Below, piece by piece: positions 1 through 10,006 of a DNA stretch of 64,000 nucleotides. Source of the stretch: Bacteroidia bacterium (GTDB lineage Bacteria > Bacteroidota > Bacteroidia > SXHM01); assembly GCA_050186075.1 (NCBI GenBank), contig JBFWYU010000019.1:18096-82095 (forward strand). The letters are read 5' to 3'. The position numbers and the translations under genes were made by a program. The notes beneath the pieces are model-generated. The model did not search any database. It was not told where the DNA came from and saw only the letters and a program-made list of their open reading frames with translations. Positions within the stretch are counted from its first letter, which is position 1; the number at the start of each line of letters is the position of its first letter.

Positions 1-780
1 TTGCATCATACCAAATGGCAACAGAATAACAAACAACCAAACAAAATACAAGTTAAGCGTTGCAAACTGGCGTGGATAAGGGAAGTTTTTAATTCGCTCA
101 CATTTCCCCTGATGATCATATAAATCGGCCAGCACACCTTGCAATTCAATATGACGAAAATCTTCAATCAATCCCTTATTCAGCAATTCTTTTAAATCTT
201 CAGCCTGCTGAGTAATAAGATGAGTAGCACGATTTTTCTTACTTAAAATATATTCTTTATCAGTAGATGACAGATAAGGTGTTATATCATCATCCAGACT
301 TATTTCATGTTCAGGAACAGTAAAAAATTGTTTGTACTCAATATTGTTCTTATCGTTCATTGTCTCCCAAGCCCTCGGCTGGCGCAATTGATGACGCATA
401 GCTGTTAACCAGGCAATATGTCTATAGATAAGTCGCTGGTGAACAGCTTTTAATTCACTTGCCGTTAAAGGATGTTGCATATGTTTGTTGGTGATGTATG
501 TTTTCACCATCATTCCCCAGGTGCGACTTGAGTTTACAATGGCTCCGTAAATCATACGAGCCTCCCACAGACGGTCGTAGGTAGCATTGTTTTTAAAACC
601 TATAAGAAAAGCTACTGCTGTTCCAATAAGAGCAATTGGCACCCATGGCAATGCCAGCCACTGAAAATGAAATGCTTCGAAAATTACTGTTGGAACAGTA
701 GCAATGATGACATATTTGTAAATATCATGTCGTGTCCAGAGGATGGCTTCTCCCAGTCCGAAATTTTTACCTGAATGCAT
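1..780 (-). CDS. Bestrophin-family ion channel (3' end outside window)
   Basis: Not in the ORF track. Hand translation from ATG at 780: MHSGKNFGLGEAILWTRHDIYK...LPWVPIALIGTAVAFLIGFKNNATYDRLWEARMIYGAIVNSSR, matching the bacterial bestrophin F(K/R)NNxxYxRxWEAR motif. Confidence 0.85.
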   Translation of the reverse strand, partial: MHSGKNFGLGEAILWTRHDIYKYVIIATVPTVIFEAFHFQWLALPWVPIALIGTAVAFLIGFKNNATYDRLWEARMIYGAIVNSSRTWGMMVKTYITNKHMQHPLTASELKAVHQRLIYRHIAWLTAMRHQLRQPRAWETMNDKNNIEYKQFFTVPEHEISLDDDITPYLSSTDKEYILSKKNRATHLITQQAEDLKELLNKGLIEDFRHIELQGVLADLYDHQGKCERIKNFPYPRQFATLNLYFVWLFVILLPFGMMQ

Positions 781-812
781 AAATTAGTTTTTAAGGATGA
801 ACAAAAATAGGT

Positions 813-1871
813 TTATTCAATTACTGTAACAACCTTCTCTACTTTGGCTTTCATTCTTCCTACTGGCTTCATTGCACTCTCCTGTAAACCTGCTGCTTTG
901 GCAACAGCCAGATATTCATCAACAGCATCGGGTGCAACAGCAACCAATAAACCACCGCTGGTTTGCGGATCGCAAAGCAATTGGCGGGTGCGCTCTGTTA
1001 TTTCCGAAACTTTTACTCCGTAGCTTGCCCAGTTGCGGTTGGTTCCGCCCGGCACAGATTTCTTTTCTAAGTATTTATCCAACCCCGGAATAAGCGGAAC
1101 AGCATTTACATCTATCTCTGCAGTTAAACCACTGCCTTCAGCCATTTCAATGGCATGACCAAGCAAACCGAAACCGGTAACATCGGTCAGTGCATGAACA
1201 CTTTTTAACTTGCCTAATTCATAGCCGACTTTATTAAGCGTAGTCATGCTCTTAACCGAAACTTCTCTGTCGGCCTCTTCCAGAAAACCTTTTTTAGATG
1301 CTGTGCTTAGAATGCCAACACCTATTGGTTTAGTGAGAAAAAGAACATCGCCAACCTGTGCTGTGTTATTTTGTTTCAGATTTTCAATATCCACAATTCC
1401 GTTTACCGCCAGACCAAAAACCGGCTCGGGACAATCAATGCTGTGTCCTCCTGCCAAGGGAATTCCGGCTTCCTCACAAGCAGCTCTTCCGCCTGCAACA
1501 ACCTGTCCCGCAATTTCAGGAGCAAGTTTATCAATAGGCCAACCAAGAATAGCAATTGCCAAAACAGGTTTACCGCCCATGGCATATACATCGCTGATAG
1601 CATTGGTAGCAGCAATGCGGCCAAAGTCAAAAGCATTGTCAACAATAGGCATAAAAAAATCGGTGGTGCTGATAAGTGCAGTGCCGTTTCCTAAATCTAA
1701 AACAGCTGCATCATCGCGTGAAGAGTTACCTACCAGCAAACCGGGAAACTCTTTCTGAATTTCGTTAGTTTTTAAAATGATGCTGAGTGTTGCCGGAGAA
1801 ATTTTACAACCGCATCCTGCGCCATGACTGTACTGGGTGAGTTTAATGTGTTCGGGTGTTTGTGTGTCCAA
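813..1871 (-). CDS. selD: Selenide, water dikinase (selenophosphate synthetase), Cys form
   Basis: [48 protein letters not shown] motifs; TTG start. Confidence 0.96.
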   Translation of the reverse strand: MDTQTPEHIKLTQYSHGAGCGCKISPATLSIILKTNEIQKEFPGLLVGNSSRDDAAVLDLGNGTALISTTDFFMPIVDNAFDFGRIAATNAISDVYAMGGKPVLAIAILGWPIDKLAPEIAGQVVAGGRAACEEAGIPLAGGHSIDCPEPVFGLAVNGIVDIENLKQNNTAQVGDVLFLTKPIGVGILSTASKKGFLEEADREVSVKSMTTLNKVGYELGKLKSVHALTDVTGFGLLGHAIEMAEGSGLTAEIDVNAVPLIPGLDKYLEKKSVPGGTNRNWASYGVKVSEITERTRQLLCDPQTSGGLLVAVAPDAVDEYLAVAKAAGLQESAMKPVGRMKAKVEKVVTVIE

Positions 1872-1874
1872 GTG

Positions 1875-2948
1875 TTAATTTATTTTAGAATTACTTTTCA
1901 ACTGCTTTGCAAAACTGATAGCAGCAGCTGCAATTTCACTATTGTTTTCAATAGTAACCGGAATACTTAAAACAGTTCCGGGCACACGTTGTGATTTACT
2001 GAAGGTGTAGGCCTTATCATAATAATCGAGCAGGATTTTTATCCAGTTATAGAAATCATTTTCGTTCAAATAATTCAGCGCATCATTCATGCTCTTGTTA
2101 CCCAATTTCTTTTCAATCCGCTTGGTTGCTTCTGTAAGTTTATCTTTTGGAAATGAGGCATAACCATTGGTGATATTTGCAATTCTTCTATCTAAAGGTA
2201 CCTCAATTTCAACAACAGTAGTGGCACGCATTTTATTGTAAATACCATCCGGAATTTTAACGCCACCAATTTTGCTGCTCTCATTTTCAAGCCAGAGTGT
2301 TTTCTTTCTGTCAATCTGCACTAACTCGAGCGCAAGGTAATTTTCAAACTGCTCAGTGGTGGGCTGTGCAGACTGTCCCAGTGCACCAAAGGCAGAACCA
2401 CGGTGATGCGCCAAACCTTCCAGGTCTATAAATTGCTCACCTGCTTTTTTCATTTCGTGCAACACCTCTGTTTTTCCTGAGCCTGTTTTTCCGCCCAGCA
2501 CTAAGAGTTGCAAAGGCGCTGCAAATTCATTCAAAGCCCAGTTGCGGTAAGTTTTGTAACCTCCTTCTAAAACATATACTTTAATTCCTGTCTTTTCGAT
2601 AAGCCATGCCATGATGTTGCTGCGCATGCCGCCACGCCAGCAGTAAACAATAATTTGTGGTTGTTCTACATTCGACATTCCTTGTTCGATATTCGATATT
2701 GCTTTAGCCTTCCTTATATAATCTCCAAACTTTCCTCCCACCAGATCAAAGCCCAGCAAAACAGCTTCTTCCCTACCCTTCTGTTTATAACAGGTTCCGA
2801 CTTTTTCACGCTCGTCATTATTTAATAAAGGTAAGCTTATAGCACCCGGAACATGCGCATGGCCATACTCACCTTCACTGCGCACGTCAAGCACTGGAAG
2901 AGTTGTTCGCAATTCAAGAAATCGATGAATATCTATTGTTTCTGGCAT
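1875..2948 (-). CDS. mnmH: tRNA 2-selenouridine(34) synthase
   Basis: Rhodanese domain (DVRSEGEY, YCWRGGMRS), P-loop GKTGSGKT, DLEGLAHHRGSAFG; adjacent to selD. Confidence 0.95.
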   Translation of the reverse strand: MPETIDIHRFLELRTTLPVLDVRSEGEYGHAHVPGAISLPLLNNDEREKVGTCYKQKGREEAVLLGFDLVGGKFGDYIRKAKAISNIEQGMSNVEQPQIIVYCWRGGMRSNIMAWLIEKTGIKVYVLEGGYKTYRNWALNEFAAPLQLLVLGGKTGSGKTEVLHEMKKAGEQFIDLEGLAHHRGSAFGALGQSAQPTTEQFENYLALELVQIDRKKTLWLENESSKIGGVKIPDGIYNKMRATTVVEIEVPLDRRIANITNGYASFPKDKLTEATKRIEKKLGNKSMNDALNYLNENDFYNWIKILLDYYDKAYTFSKSQRVPGTVLSIPVTIENNSEIAAAAISFAKQLKSNSKIN

Positions 2949-3089
2949 AATGTATTAAGCGCAAAGTTCACAAAGAAAAAGAAACAACAAAGCGGATAAA
3001 TGTTTAAGATTATTTCTCAGTGTTCTGTGCACAAAAAACTTTGCGTTCTTTGCGGTTAATATTCTTGCAACGATTTCTATTTTTGTTCC

Positions 3090-4400
3090 ATGATAAAAGC
3101 AAATGATCCTAATCTGAAAAGCTGGGTAGAAGTAAAACCCCATTCAGATTTTCCGATACAAAATATTCCTTTCGGGATTTACAAAAACAAATACGGACAG
3201 CACCGTGCTGCCACTGCTATTGGTGACTACCTTGTTGATTTAACTGTATTGCATCACTACGGAATATTTGGTGAAGTAACAATTCCCTCACCACTTCATT
3301 CAACCGAAAAGCAAACCACTTTACCCGTTGGAATTTTTGAAAAAGATTTTCTGAATGATTTTATTGCGCTTGGCAAAGAAGCAACCAGCACAGTGCGTCA
3401 GCGCATTTCAGATGTATTGAATGCAGATAATCCTGAGTTTCGCGATGATGCCAACCTGAAAGAGAAAGCCCTGTTTCCGCTCGCAGAAGTGGAAATGTGT
3501 ATGCCTGTAAAAGTTGGCAACTACACCGATTTTTATTCCAGCATGGAACACGCCACCAATGTTGGCACCATGTTCCGTGATCCTGCAAATGCATTGTTAC
3601 CCAACTGGAAACATATACCTGTTGGTTATCACGGGCGTGCTTCTTCTATTGTTGTTTCGGGCGTAAATTTTCACCGTCCTAAAGGGCAGACAAAAGCAGA
3701 TGATGCGCCTGCGCCAACATTCGGACCAACCAAACAACTGGACTTTGAATTGGAGATGGCATTCATTACCAACAAAAACACAGCGCTGGGAAGCAGCATC
3801 AGCACTGCTGAAGCAGAAGATTATATTTTCGGAATGGTATTGTTCAACGACTGGAGCGCACGTGATATTCAGAAGTGGGAATACGTTCCGCTGGGACCAT
3901 TTCTTGCCAAGAATTTTGTTTCGTCTGCTTCGCCCTGGATTGTAACGTTAGATGCGCTGCAACCTTTTAAAGTAAAAGGTCCTGAACAAAATCCGGAAGT
4001 TTTACCTTACCTGAAATACAACGGAGAAAAAAATTACGATATCCATCTTGAAGTTTTTATTCAGCCCGAAAAAGCAGAAGCAAAGAAAGTATGCACTTCC
4101 AATTTCAAATACATGTATTGGAATATGGCGCAGCAACTGACGCATCACACATCCAACGGTTGCAATATTTGCGTAGGAGATTTATATGCCTCGGGAACTA
4201 TCAGTGGTGCCGAAACGGATTCATACGGCAGTATGCTGGAACTTTGCTGGAAAGGCACCAAGCCTATTACTATGCCTGACGGAACAGAACGCAAATTTAT
4301 TTTAGACGGGGACACTGTTATCATGAAAGGCTTTGCCGAAAAAAACGGAGTGCGTGTGGGCTTCGGAGAAGTTAAATCAAAGGTATTGCCAGCAACCTGA
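3090..4400 (+). CDS. fahA: Fumarylacetoacetase
   Basis: SDFPIQNIPFG, YTDFYSSMEHATNVG, YHGRASS, LDFELE, NDWSARDIQKWEYVPLGPF motifs. Confidence 0.95.
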   Translation: MIKANDPNLKSWVEVKPHSDFPIQNIPFGIYKNKYGQHRAATAIGDYLVDLTVLHHYGIFGEVTIPSPLHSTEKQTTLPVGIFEKDFLNDFIALGKEATSTVRQRISDVLNADNPEFRDDANLKEKALFPLAEVEMCMPVKVGNYTDFYSSMEHATNVGTMFRDPANALLPNWKHIPVGYHGRASSIVVSGVNFHRPKGQTKADDAPAPTFGPTKQLDFELEMAFITNKNTALGSSISTAEAEDYIFGMVLFNDWSARDIQKWEYVPLGPFLAKNFVSSASPWIVTLDALQPFKVKGPEQNPEVLPYLKYNGEKNYDIHLEVFIQPEKAEAKKVCTSNFKYMYWNMAQQLTHHTSNGCNICVGDLYASGTISGAETDSYGSMLELCWKGTKPITMPDGTERKFILDGDTVIMKGFAEKNGVRVGFGEVKSKVLPAT

Positions 4401-4978
4401 TGAGTGAACTGAAAATTCCTTTTACCAATATAAAACCTGAACCCGGAAAACTGCTGATTGCAGAACCTTTTCTGGACGACCCGTATTTCAAACGCAGCGT
4501 GGTATTGCTTACCGAACACAATGAGAACGGCACAATTGGTTTCATACTGAATAAACCTATTGAAATAAAACTGAAAGATGCGGTAGGCGAATTGCCGCCT
4601 ATTGATTCAAACATTCACCTTGGCGGTCCTGTGGCACGCGAAACGCTGCACTTCCTGCACACCGAAGGCGAATTGATTGACGGCAGTCTTGAAGTAATGC
4701 AGGGACTTTTCTGGGGCGGTAATTTTGAAACGCTGAAAAAACTGATTGAGCAGGATAAGATAAAACCGGAAGCTGTTAAATTTTTTGTTGGCTACTCAGG
4801 CTGGGAACCAAAACAATTAGACAAAGAACTTAAGCTAAACAGCTGGATTGTTTTAGAAGGGAAAGTTAACGATATTATGAAACGCAACACAACTAACCTG
4901 TGGAAAGATATTCTGAAAGAAAAAGGAAGGGAGTTTGGTATTATTGCTGATTTCCCGGAAGACCCCAATATGAATTAG
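4400..4978 (+). CDS. YqgE/AlgH family protein (DUF179)
   Basis: LLIAEP, FKRSVVLL, GFILNKP, GGPV, GYSGW motifs. Confidence 0.9.
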   Translation: MSELKIPFTNIKPEPGKLLIAEPFLDDPYFKRSVVLLTEHNENGTIGFILNKPIEIKLKDAVGELPPIDSNIHLGGPVARETLHFLHTEGELIDGSLEVMQGLFWGGNFETLKKLIEQDKIKPEAVKFFVGYSGWEPKQLDKELKLNSWIVLEGKVNDIMKRNTTNLWKDILKEKGREFGIIADFPEDPNMN

Positions 4979-5988
4979 GCTGCAATTGCTTTTTTCAGTG
5001 TAAATGAAAATACTGAACCGGCTCCTTCAGTACTCAGCACGCTTATTTTCTGATTATGCGCTTCAATAATGTGCTTTACAATGGCAAGTCCTAATCCGGT
5101 TCCGCCCAATTCGCGTGAACGGCTTTTATCAGCACGATAAAAACGCTCAAAAATGCGCGACTGATGCTCTGATGCAATACCAATTCCATTGTCGGTAACT
5201 TCAACTAAAACTCTATCGCCAATATCATTCACTCTTATTTGGGTAATTCCACCGTCTTTGCCATAACGCACTGAGTTCATTATAAGGTTTACCAACACCT
5301 GTCGTATCCTGAATTTATCGGCTGTAACAACAAGCGGTTGCGTAACATCATTAAAAATTTCAAAACTGATGTTCTTTTCCTTCGCCCGCATTTCCAATGA
5401 TTCCAGAACATCTTTTGCCAACGCAACTACATCAAAATCTTCTTCATTCAATTCCAGCACGCCACGCTCTAGTTGACTGATGGATTGCAAATCATCAACA
5501 ATTGTAATCATGCGTTCCACACTCTTTTCGGCTTTGGTTAAAAATGAACGATTAATTTTAGGATCATCAATACCCCCATCTAACAAGGTAGAAATATAAC
5601 CCTGAATATTAAAAATGGGTGTCTTCAGTTCGTGCGAAACATTGCCCAGAAATTCTTTTCGGTACGTCTCGTGCTTTTTCAGTTGTTCAATCTCTTCACC
5701 TCTTTCAGCTATCCAGCGCGAAGCACTTTTTTCAAGTTCAGCAATTTCGTCAGCACTCAACGGCTTTTTCCCATCAGAAAACATGGAATATATACCTTGA
5801 ATTTTACGAAATACCAGAAACTCCAGCACCAGAAATGAGGGAACAAAAGTCATCATAAAAACCAATGCTGTTAGACTATAGCTGGGCGAAACCACATTTA
5901 CATAATCACCCGAAAAATAAATAAACAGGCTAACTAAAGCCGAGGCTGAAAATGCAAGTACAAACGAAAGCTGGATTGATTTTTTCAA
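4975..5988 (-). CDS. phoR: PhoR-like sensor histidine kinase
   Basis: Two N-terminal TM segments, H-box NVSHELKTP, FERFYRADKSRSR, GTGLGLAIVKH; paired with an OmpR-type regulator inside a phosphate gene cluster. Confidence 0.85.
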   Translation of the reverse strand: MKKSIQLSFVLAFSASALVSLFIYFSGDYVNVVSPSYSLTALVFMMTFVPSFLVLEFLVFRKIQGIYSMFSDGKKPLSADEIAELEKSASRWIAERGEEIEQLKKHETYRKEFLGNVSHELKTPIFNIQGYISTLLDGGIDDPKINRSFLTKAEKSVERMITIVDDLQSISQLERGVLELNEEDFDVVALAKDVLESLEMRAKEKNISFEIFNDVTQPLVVTADKFRIRQVLVNLIMNSVRYGKDGGITQIRVNDIGDRVLVEVTDNGIGIASEHQSRIFERFYRADKSRSRELGGTGLGLAIVKHIIEAHNQKISVLSTEGAGSVFSFTLKKAIAA

Positions 5989-6059
5989 TCTGAATAAGTA
6001 TTGAATGCAAACTTAAATTATTTAATGAAATAATCTTTGCACAAAAAATCAGCAGTATA

Positions 6060-6749
6060 CTAAACTACGAATTTGTAGCCAACCCCTTTTATGGTTTGGA
6101 TATAATCATCGCCCAGTTTTTCGCGTAGTTTGCGGATGTGTACATCAATGGTGCGGTTGCCCACAACAATATCCTGTCCCCAGATATCACTGAGAATATG
6201 TTCACGGGTAAAAACATTGCCCGGCTTTGACATAAGCAACTTCAGCAATTGAAATTCCTTACGGGGCAGATTTAATTCTTCTCCCTTTTTAACAACAATA
6301 TGACGATCCGGATCAATCGTAATATCCTCCGTTTCAACTGAGGCTTGTTGTGTTTGCGCACTTTTTCTGCGCAACAAAGCTTTTATGCGGCTGATAAGCA
6401 CTTTGGGCTTAACAGGCTTACTGATATAATCATCTGCGCCTGCTTCAAAGCCTGCTATCTGTGAGTAATCCTCACTGCGTGCAGTTAAAAAAGCAATCAC
6501 CGTATCTCTAAGTTTTGGAGAGTCCCGCAATGCCTGACAGGTTTCAATCCCATCCATTCCCGGCATCATAACATCAAGTAAAATCAAGTGTGGTTGATGT
6601 TTTAGCGCCTCAGCTACACCATCTTTTCCATTAGATGCAGTGTAAACAGTAAAATCTTCCTTTTCAATGCTGTATTTCAGAAACTCCAGAATATCCGGCT
6701 CATCGTCAACAAGAAGAATTTTTGGGAGACTATTATTTTTTGCGTTCAT
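6060..6749 (-). CDS. phoB: PhoB/PhoP-like OmpR-family response regulator
   Basis: Receiver (LVDDE, LLDVMMP) plus winged helix (RTIDVHIRKLREKL, TIKGVGYKF). Start moved to ATG 6749 because a -7 promoter motif lies at 6773-6780. Confidence 0.85.
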   Translation of the reverse strand: MNAKNNSLPKILLVDDEPDILEFLKYSIEKEDFTVYTASNGKDGVAEALKHQPHLILLDVMMPGMDGIETCQALRDSPKLRDTVIAFLTARSEDYSQIAGFEAGADDYISKPVKPKVLISRIKALLRRKSAQTQQASVETEDITIDPDRHIVVKKGEELNLPRKEFQLLKLLMSKPGNVFTREHILSDIWGQDIVVGNRTIDVHIRKLREKLGDDYIQTIKGVGYKFVV

Positions 6750-6772
6750 CAAAGGGAGTAAAAACAACGCTG

Positions 6773-6828
6773 CAAAACTATCTGCACAAAGATTCTACAA
6801 CATTACGCCATTGTTAATTCTAGTTTAA
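6773..6828 (-). promoter_or_regulatory. Response-regulator promoter with putative Pho boxes
   Basis: Minus-strand TAGTTTTG (-7 motif) at 6773-6780; half-sites TTAAA, TTAAC, GTAAT at 6824, 6813, 6802 (11-bp phase). Confidence 0.7.
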
Positions 6829-6894
6829 ATCAACGAATGGTAGATTAACTTCAACTTTTATAGTCCCCCGGAACATGATACAGTGACTTTTTCC

Positions 6895-6921
6895 GAGATG
6901 CTGAAACAAGTTCAGCATGAC
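6895..6921. repeat. REP-like palindrome
   Basis: GAGATGCTGAAACAAGTTCAGCATGAC hairpin; shares the TCAGCATGAC end with the copy at 38084-38145. Confidence 0.6.
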
Positions 6922-6928
6922 TTTAGAC

Positions 6929-6985
6929 TTAACATTTACTTAACCTTAGCTTCATCATATAATTACACTGTTGGCTTTGTTTTGC
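6929..6985 (+). promoter_or_regulatory. TonB receptor promoter with putative Pho boxes
   Basis: TTAAC 6929, TTAAC 6940, TTCAT 6951, ATTAC 6962 (11-bp phase), then TTGTTTTGCAGC (-7-like). Confidence 0.75.
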
Positions 6986-7009
6986 AGCGTGAAAACAAAA
7001 CAACATTTA

Positions 7010-9832
7010 ATGAAAAACGCACTAACACTTATTACCGTTCTTTTCTTTGCTATTTCGGGCTTTGCCAACAATGAAAAACCAGGATACATCATTGGAAAAG
7101 TAACCGAAGTAATTGACGGAAAATCAACACCTGTTCCTTTTGCTAACGTTAGTATTAAAGGAACTGCCAATGGTGCAACCACCGATTTTGACGGTAATTA
7201 CAAGATAACCGTCAGCGAAGGTGTTTATGAAATTGTGGCAAGCTTTGTTGGCTATCAACCCGTTTCAAAAGCAGGCATAACCGTTAAAGCCGGAGAAACC
7301 ACTAATCTTGATTTCACAGTTCAGGTCTCTGCACAGCAGTTGAAAGAAACAAAAGTTTCAGCGCAGAAAGTAACGCACACCGAGAACGCTGTGCTTACAG
7401 AAATGAAACGCAGCACTGCCGTTGTAAGCGGAATATCATCACAGCAGATTGCAAAATCTCAGGACAGGGATGCATCGGAAGTAATCAAACGTGTTCCGGG
7501 TGTTACTATTATGAACGACCGCTTTGTGATGGTACGCGGTTTGAGCGAACGCTACAATTCTGTTTTCCTGAACAACGTAACAACGCCCAGCACCGAGTCG
7601 GATGTAAAAGCGTTTTCGTTCGACATGATACCCAGTGCGCTTATCGATCGCATTTTGATTTACAAAAGCCCTGCTCCCGAAATTTCAGGAGAGTTTGCAG
7701 GTGGTGTTATTAAAGTGTTTACCAAAAACACTCCTGACGAAAACCTTTTGTCAGTGGGCTACTCTGCATCCTACAGACAAGGCACAACCTTTAATGACTT
7801 CTACATGAATCCGGGCAGCAAAACCGACTGGATGGGATTTGATGACGGAAGCCGTTCACTGCCTTCTGACTTTCCGGCCAACGTACGCGATATTTCTAAT
7901 TCAAATGATCTGGAACAACTAACTACTGTTGGTCGCTCGCTGAGCGACAACTGGGGAACTGTGCATTCAAAGGCCGCACCCGATCAGCGTTTTAATATAA
8001 CCTTCGCACGCAAGTTTGATATTAAGAAAGTTCACGTAGGTCATATAACCGCTCTGAACTACAGCAACACTAATCAGTACTTTGTTTCGCGCAGAACAGA
8101 TTACAACACCTGGAATCCTGAAACACAAGGCAGCGATACCATCTATGATTATTTTGACAGCCGTTATGCCAACAACGTAAGAGTTGGCCTGCTTCACAAC
8201 TGGTCGTTCAATTTCCTGAACCACAAGATTGAATTCAAAAATATTTTCAATCAGGCAGGCATGAACCAAAGCACCCTGCGTGACGGAAAAAACTTTGAAG
8301 AAGGTGAGTTGCGCAAAGAGTATTCGTATTACTACATGAACCGCAGTATTTACACCGGCCAGTTAAGTGGTGAGCACAAATTGTTTGAAGACAAAACCAA
8401 AATTGACTGGACACTTGCTTATTCAAAAGCCAAGAAAGAAGAGCCGGATTGGAGACGCGTTCGCACAGCTAAAGACATTAATGCAACTGAAGAAGAACCT
8501 TACCAAACCTACGTACCTTTTGGAGCAACACCTTTCTTCCTGGGCCGCCTTTACTTTGATTTGTACGAAGAGTTAATGACCGGAACGGCCAACCTTGAAC
8601 AGAAATTAAGTATCGGAAAATTTGAACCGAAAGTTAGTGCCGGAGTTTACTTAGAGCGCAAGTGGAGACAATTCAGCGCACGCAACTTAGGCTATGCATC
8701 TGCCAACGTTTTCCAGTTCGATAACAGCCTGCGCGAAATTCCTATTGACCAACTTTTCAATGACACCAACATTAACTCAACCACCGGGTTGAAGATTGAT
8801 GAAGACACCCGCCTGAGCGATGCCTACACCGCACAAAATGATTTGATTGCATACTACCTTGCTTTGGATATTCCGTTTGCAAAATGGCTGAACCTGCACA
8901 CCGGTGCACGCGTTGAAAACAACCGTCAGCGTTTGGAAAGCTACACCGTAACAGGCAACCCTGTGAATGTGGACAACCACATTATCCGCCTGCTGCCTTC
9001 TGCAAACCTTACGGCCAACATCAGCGAAAAGATGCTGATACGCGGTGGCTTTGGTATAACGCTTAACCGTCCTGAATTCAGAGAGCTTGCGCCTTATGCG
9101 TTTTATGATTTCAACTTCAACAGCGTAAACTACGGTAACGATTCATTGCAGACACCCAGCATCTATAACTACGATGCCCGTTGGGAATATTATCCCGGTC
9201 ATGGTGAAATCATCAGCGTGGGTGCGTTCTACAAAAACTTTGTAAACCCTATTGAAACGTATTTTGTTCCCGGAACAGGTTCGGGAGGCACACGTAACTA
9301 TACCTACCGCAATGCCGAATCAGCAAGCAGCACAGGGATAGAACTGGAAGTGCGTAAAACCTTTAACAAGCTTACTACTCCTTTTGTACGCAACCTTGGA
9401 GTAGTATTGAATGCCAGCTATATCTGGAGCAAAATAAACCTGGGCGACCAGGCACAGGGCCAAAGCGAAAACCGCCCTATGATGGGACAATCGCCTTACA
9501 TCATTAACAGCGGTATTTATTACCAGAACGACACACTTGGCTTGCAGGTAAATTTGCTTTACAATGTTATAGGCGAGCGTATTGTTATTGTGGGCTCTTA
9601 CGGTATTCCTGATGTGTACGAAATGCCGCGCAACACGCTTGACCTTACCATCAGCAAACGTTTGTGGAAACGCCTTGATGTGAAGTTTGGTATTCAGGAT
9701 ATTTTAAATCAACCTTACCTGTTGGTGCAGGATGCCAACGAAGACGGAAAAGTTACCCGCAACAACGACCAGCAAATACAGTCTTACAAACGCGGAAGCT
9801 ATTATACACTGGGACTGAATTTCAGGTTCTGA
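7010..9832 (+). CDS. TonB-dependent outer membrane receptor, probably phosphate-regulated
   Basis: Signal peptide, carboxypeptidase-regulatory-like N-domain, plug (KRVPGV, VRGLSERYN), beta-barrel ending in F. Start ATG 7010 (MKNAL). Confidence 0.92.
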   Translation: MKNALTLITVLFFAISGFANNEKPGYIIGKVTEVIDGKSTPVPFANVSIKGTANGATTDFDGNYKITVSEGVYEIVASFVGYQPVSKAGITVKAGETTNLDFTVQVSAQQLKETKVSAQKVTHTENAVLTEMKRSTAVVSGISSQQIAKSQDRDASEVIKRVPGVTIMNDRFVMVRGLSERYNSVFLNNVTTPSTESDVKAFSFDMIPSALIDRILIYKSPAPEISGEFAGGVIKVFTKNTPDENLLSVGYSASYRQGTTFNDFYMNPGSKTDWMGFDDGSRSLPSDFPANVRDISNSNDLEQLTTVGRSLSDNWGTVHSKAAPDQRFNITFARKFDIKKVHVGHITALNYSNTNQYFVSRRTDYNTWNPETQGSDTIYDYFDSRYANNVRVGLLHNWSFNFLNHKIEFKNIFNQAGMNQSTLRDGKNFEEGELRKEYSYYYMNRSIYTGQLSGEHKLFEDKTKIDWTLAYSKAKKEEPDWRRVRTAKDINATEEEPYQTYVPFGATPFFLGRLYFDLYEELMTGTANLEQKLSIGKFEPKVSAGVYLERKWRQFSARNLGYASANVFQFDNSLREIPIDQLFNDTNINSTTGLKIDEDTRLSDAYTAQNDLIAYYLALDIPFAKWLNLHTGARVENNRQRLESYTVTGNPVNVDNHIIRLLPSANLTANISEKMLIRGGFGITLNRPEFRELAPYAFYDFNFNSVNYGNDSLQTPSIYNYDARWEYYPGHGEIISVGAFYKNFVNPIETYFVPGTGSGGTRNYTYRNAESASSTGIELEVRKTFNKLTTPFVRNLGVVLNASYIWSKINLGDQAQGQSENRPMMGQSPYIINSGIYYQNDTLGLQVNLLYNVIGERIVIVGSYGIPDVYEMPRNTLDLTISKRLWKRLDVKFGIQDILNQPYLLVQDANEDGKVTRNNDQQIQSYKRGSYYTLGLNFRF

Positions 9833-9850
9833 TAATCCATTAACAATATT

Positions 9851-9890
9851 TTAAAAAGAAATGCAATCAAACTGATTGCATTTCTTTTTT
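9851..9890 (+). terminator. Intrinsic terminator
   Basis: AAAAAGAAATGCAATCA-aac-TGATTGCATTTCTTTTTT. Confidence 0.85.
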
Positions 9891-9905
9891 GAGGCAGCTT
9901 CTTCA

Positions 9906-9983
9906 TTAATATTCTCTTAACAGAATCATAAGAATCATGTAACCTCAAATTTATTCTGCCGCAATGTTGTGGGTATAGTTTTG
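9906..9983 (+). promoter_or_regulatory. Promoter with four putative Pho-box half-sites
   Basis: TTAAT 9906, TTAAC 9917, ATAAG 9928, GTAAC 9939 (11-bp phase); TAGTTTTG -7 motif at 9976-9983. Confidence 0.8.
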
Positions 9984-10006
9984 CCGCATCTAAAAACAAT
10001 AAAAAC

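Noticed and set aside
813-1871. Selenocysteine readthrough in selD
   Set aside because: The active-site motif reads GCGCK with no in-frame TGA.
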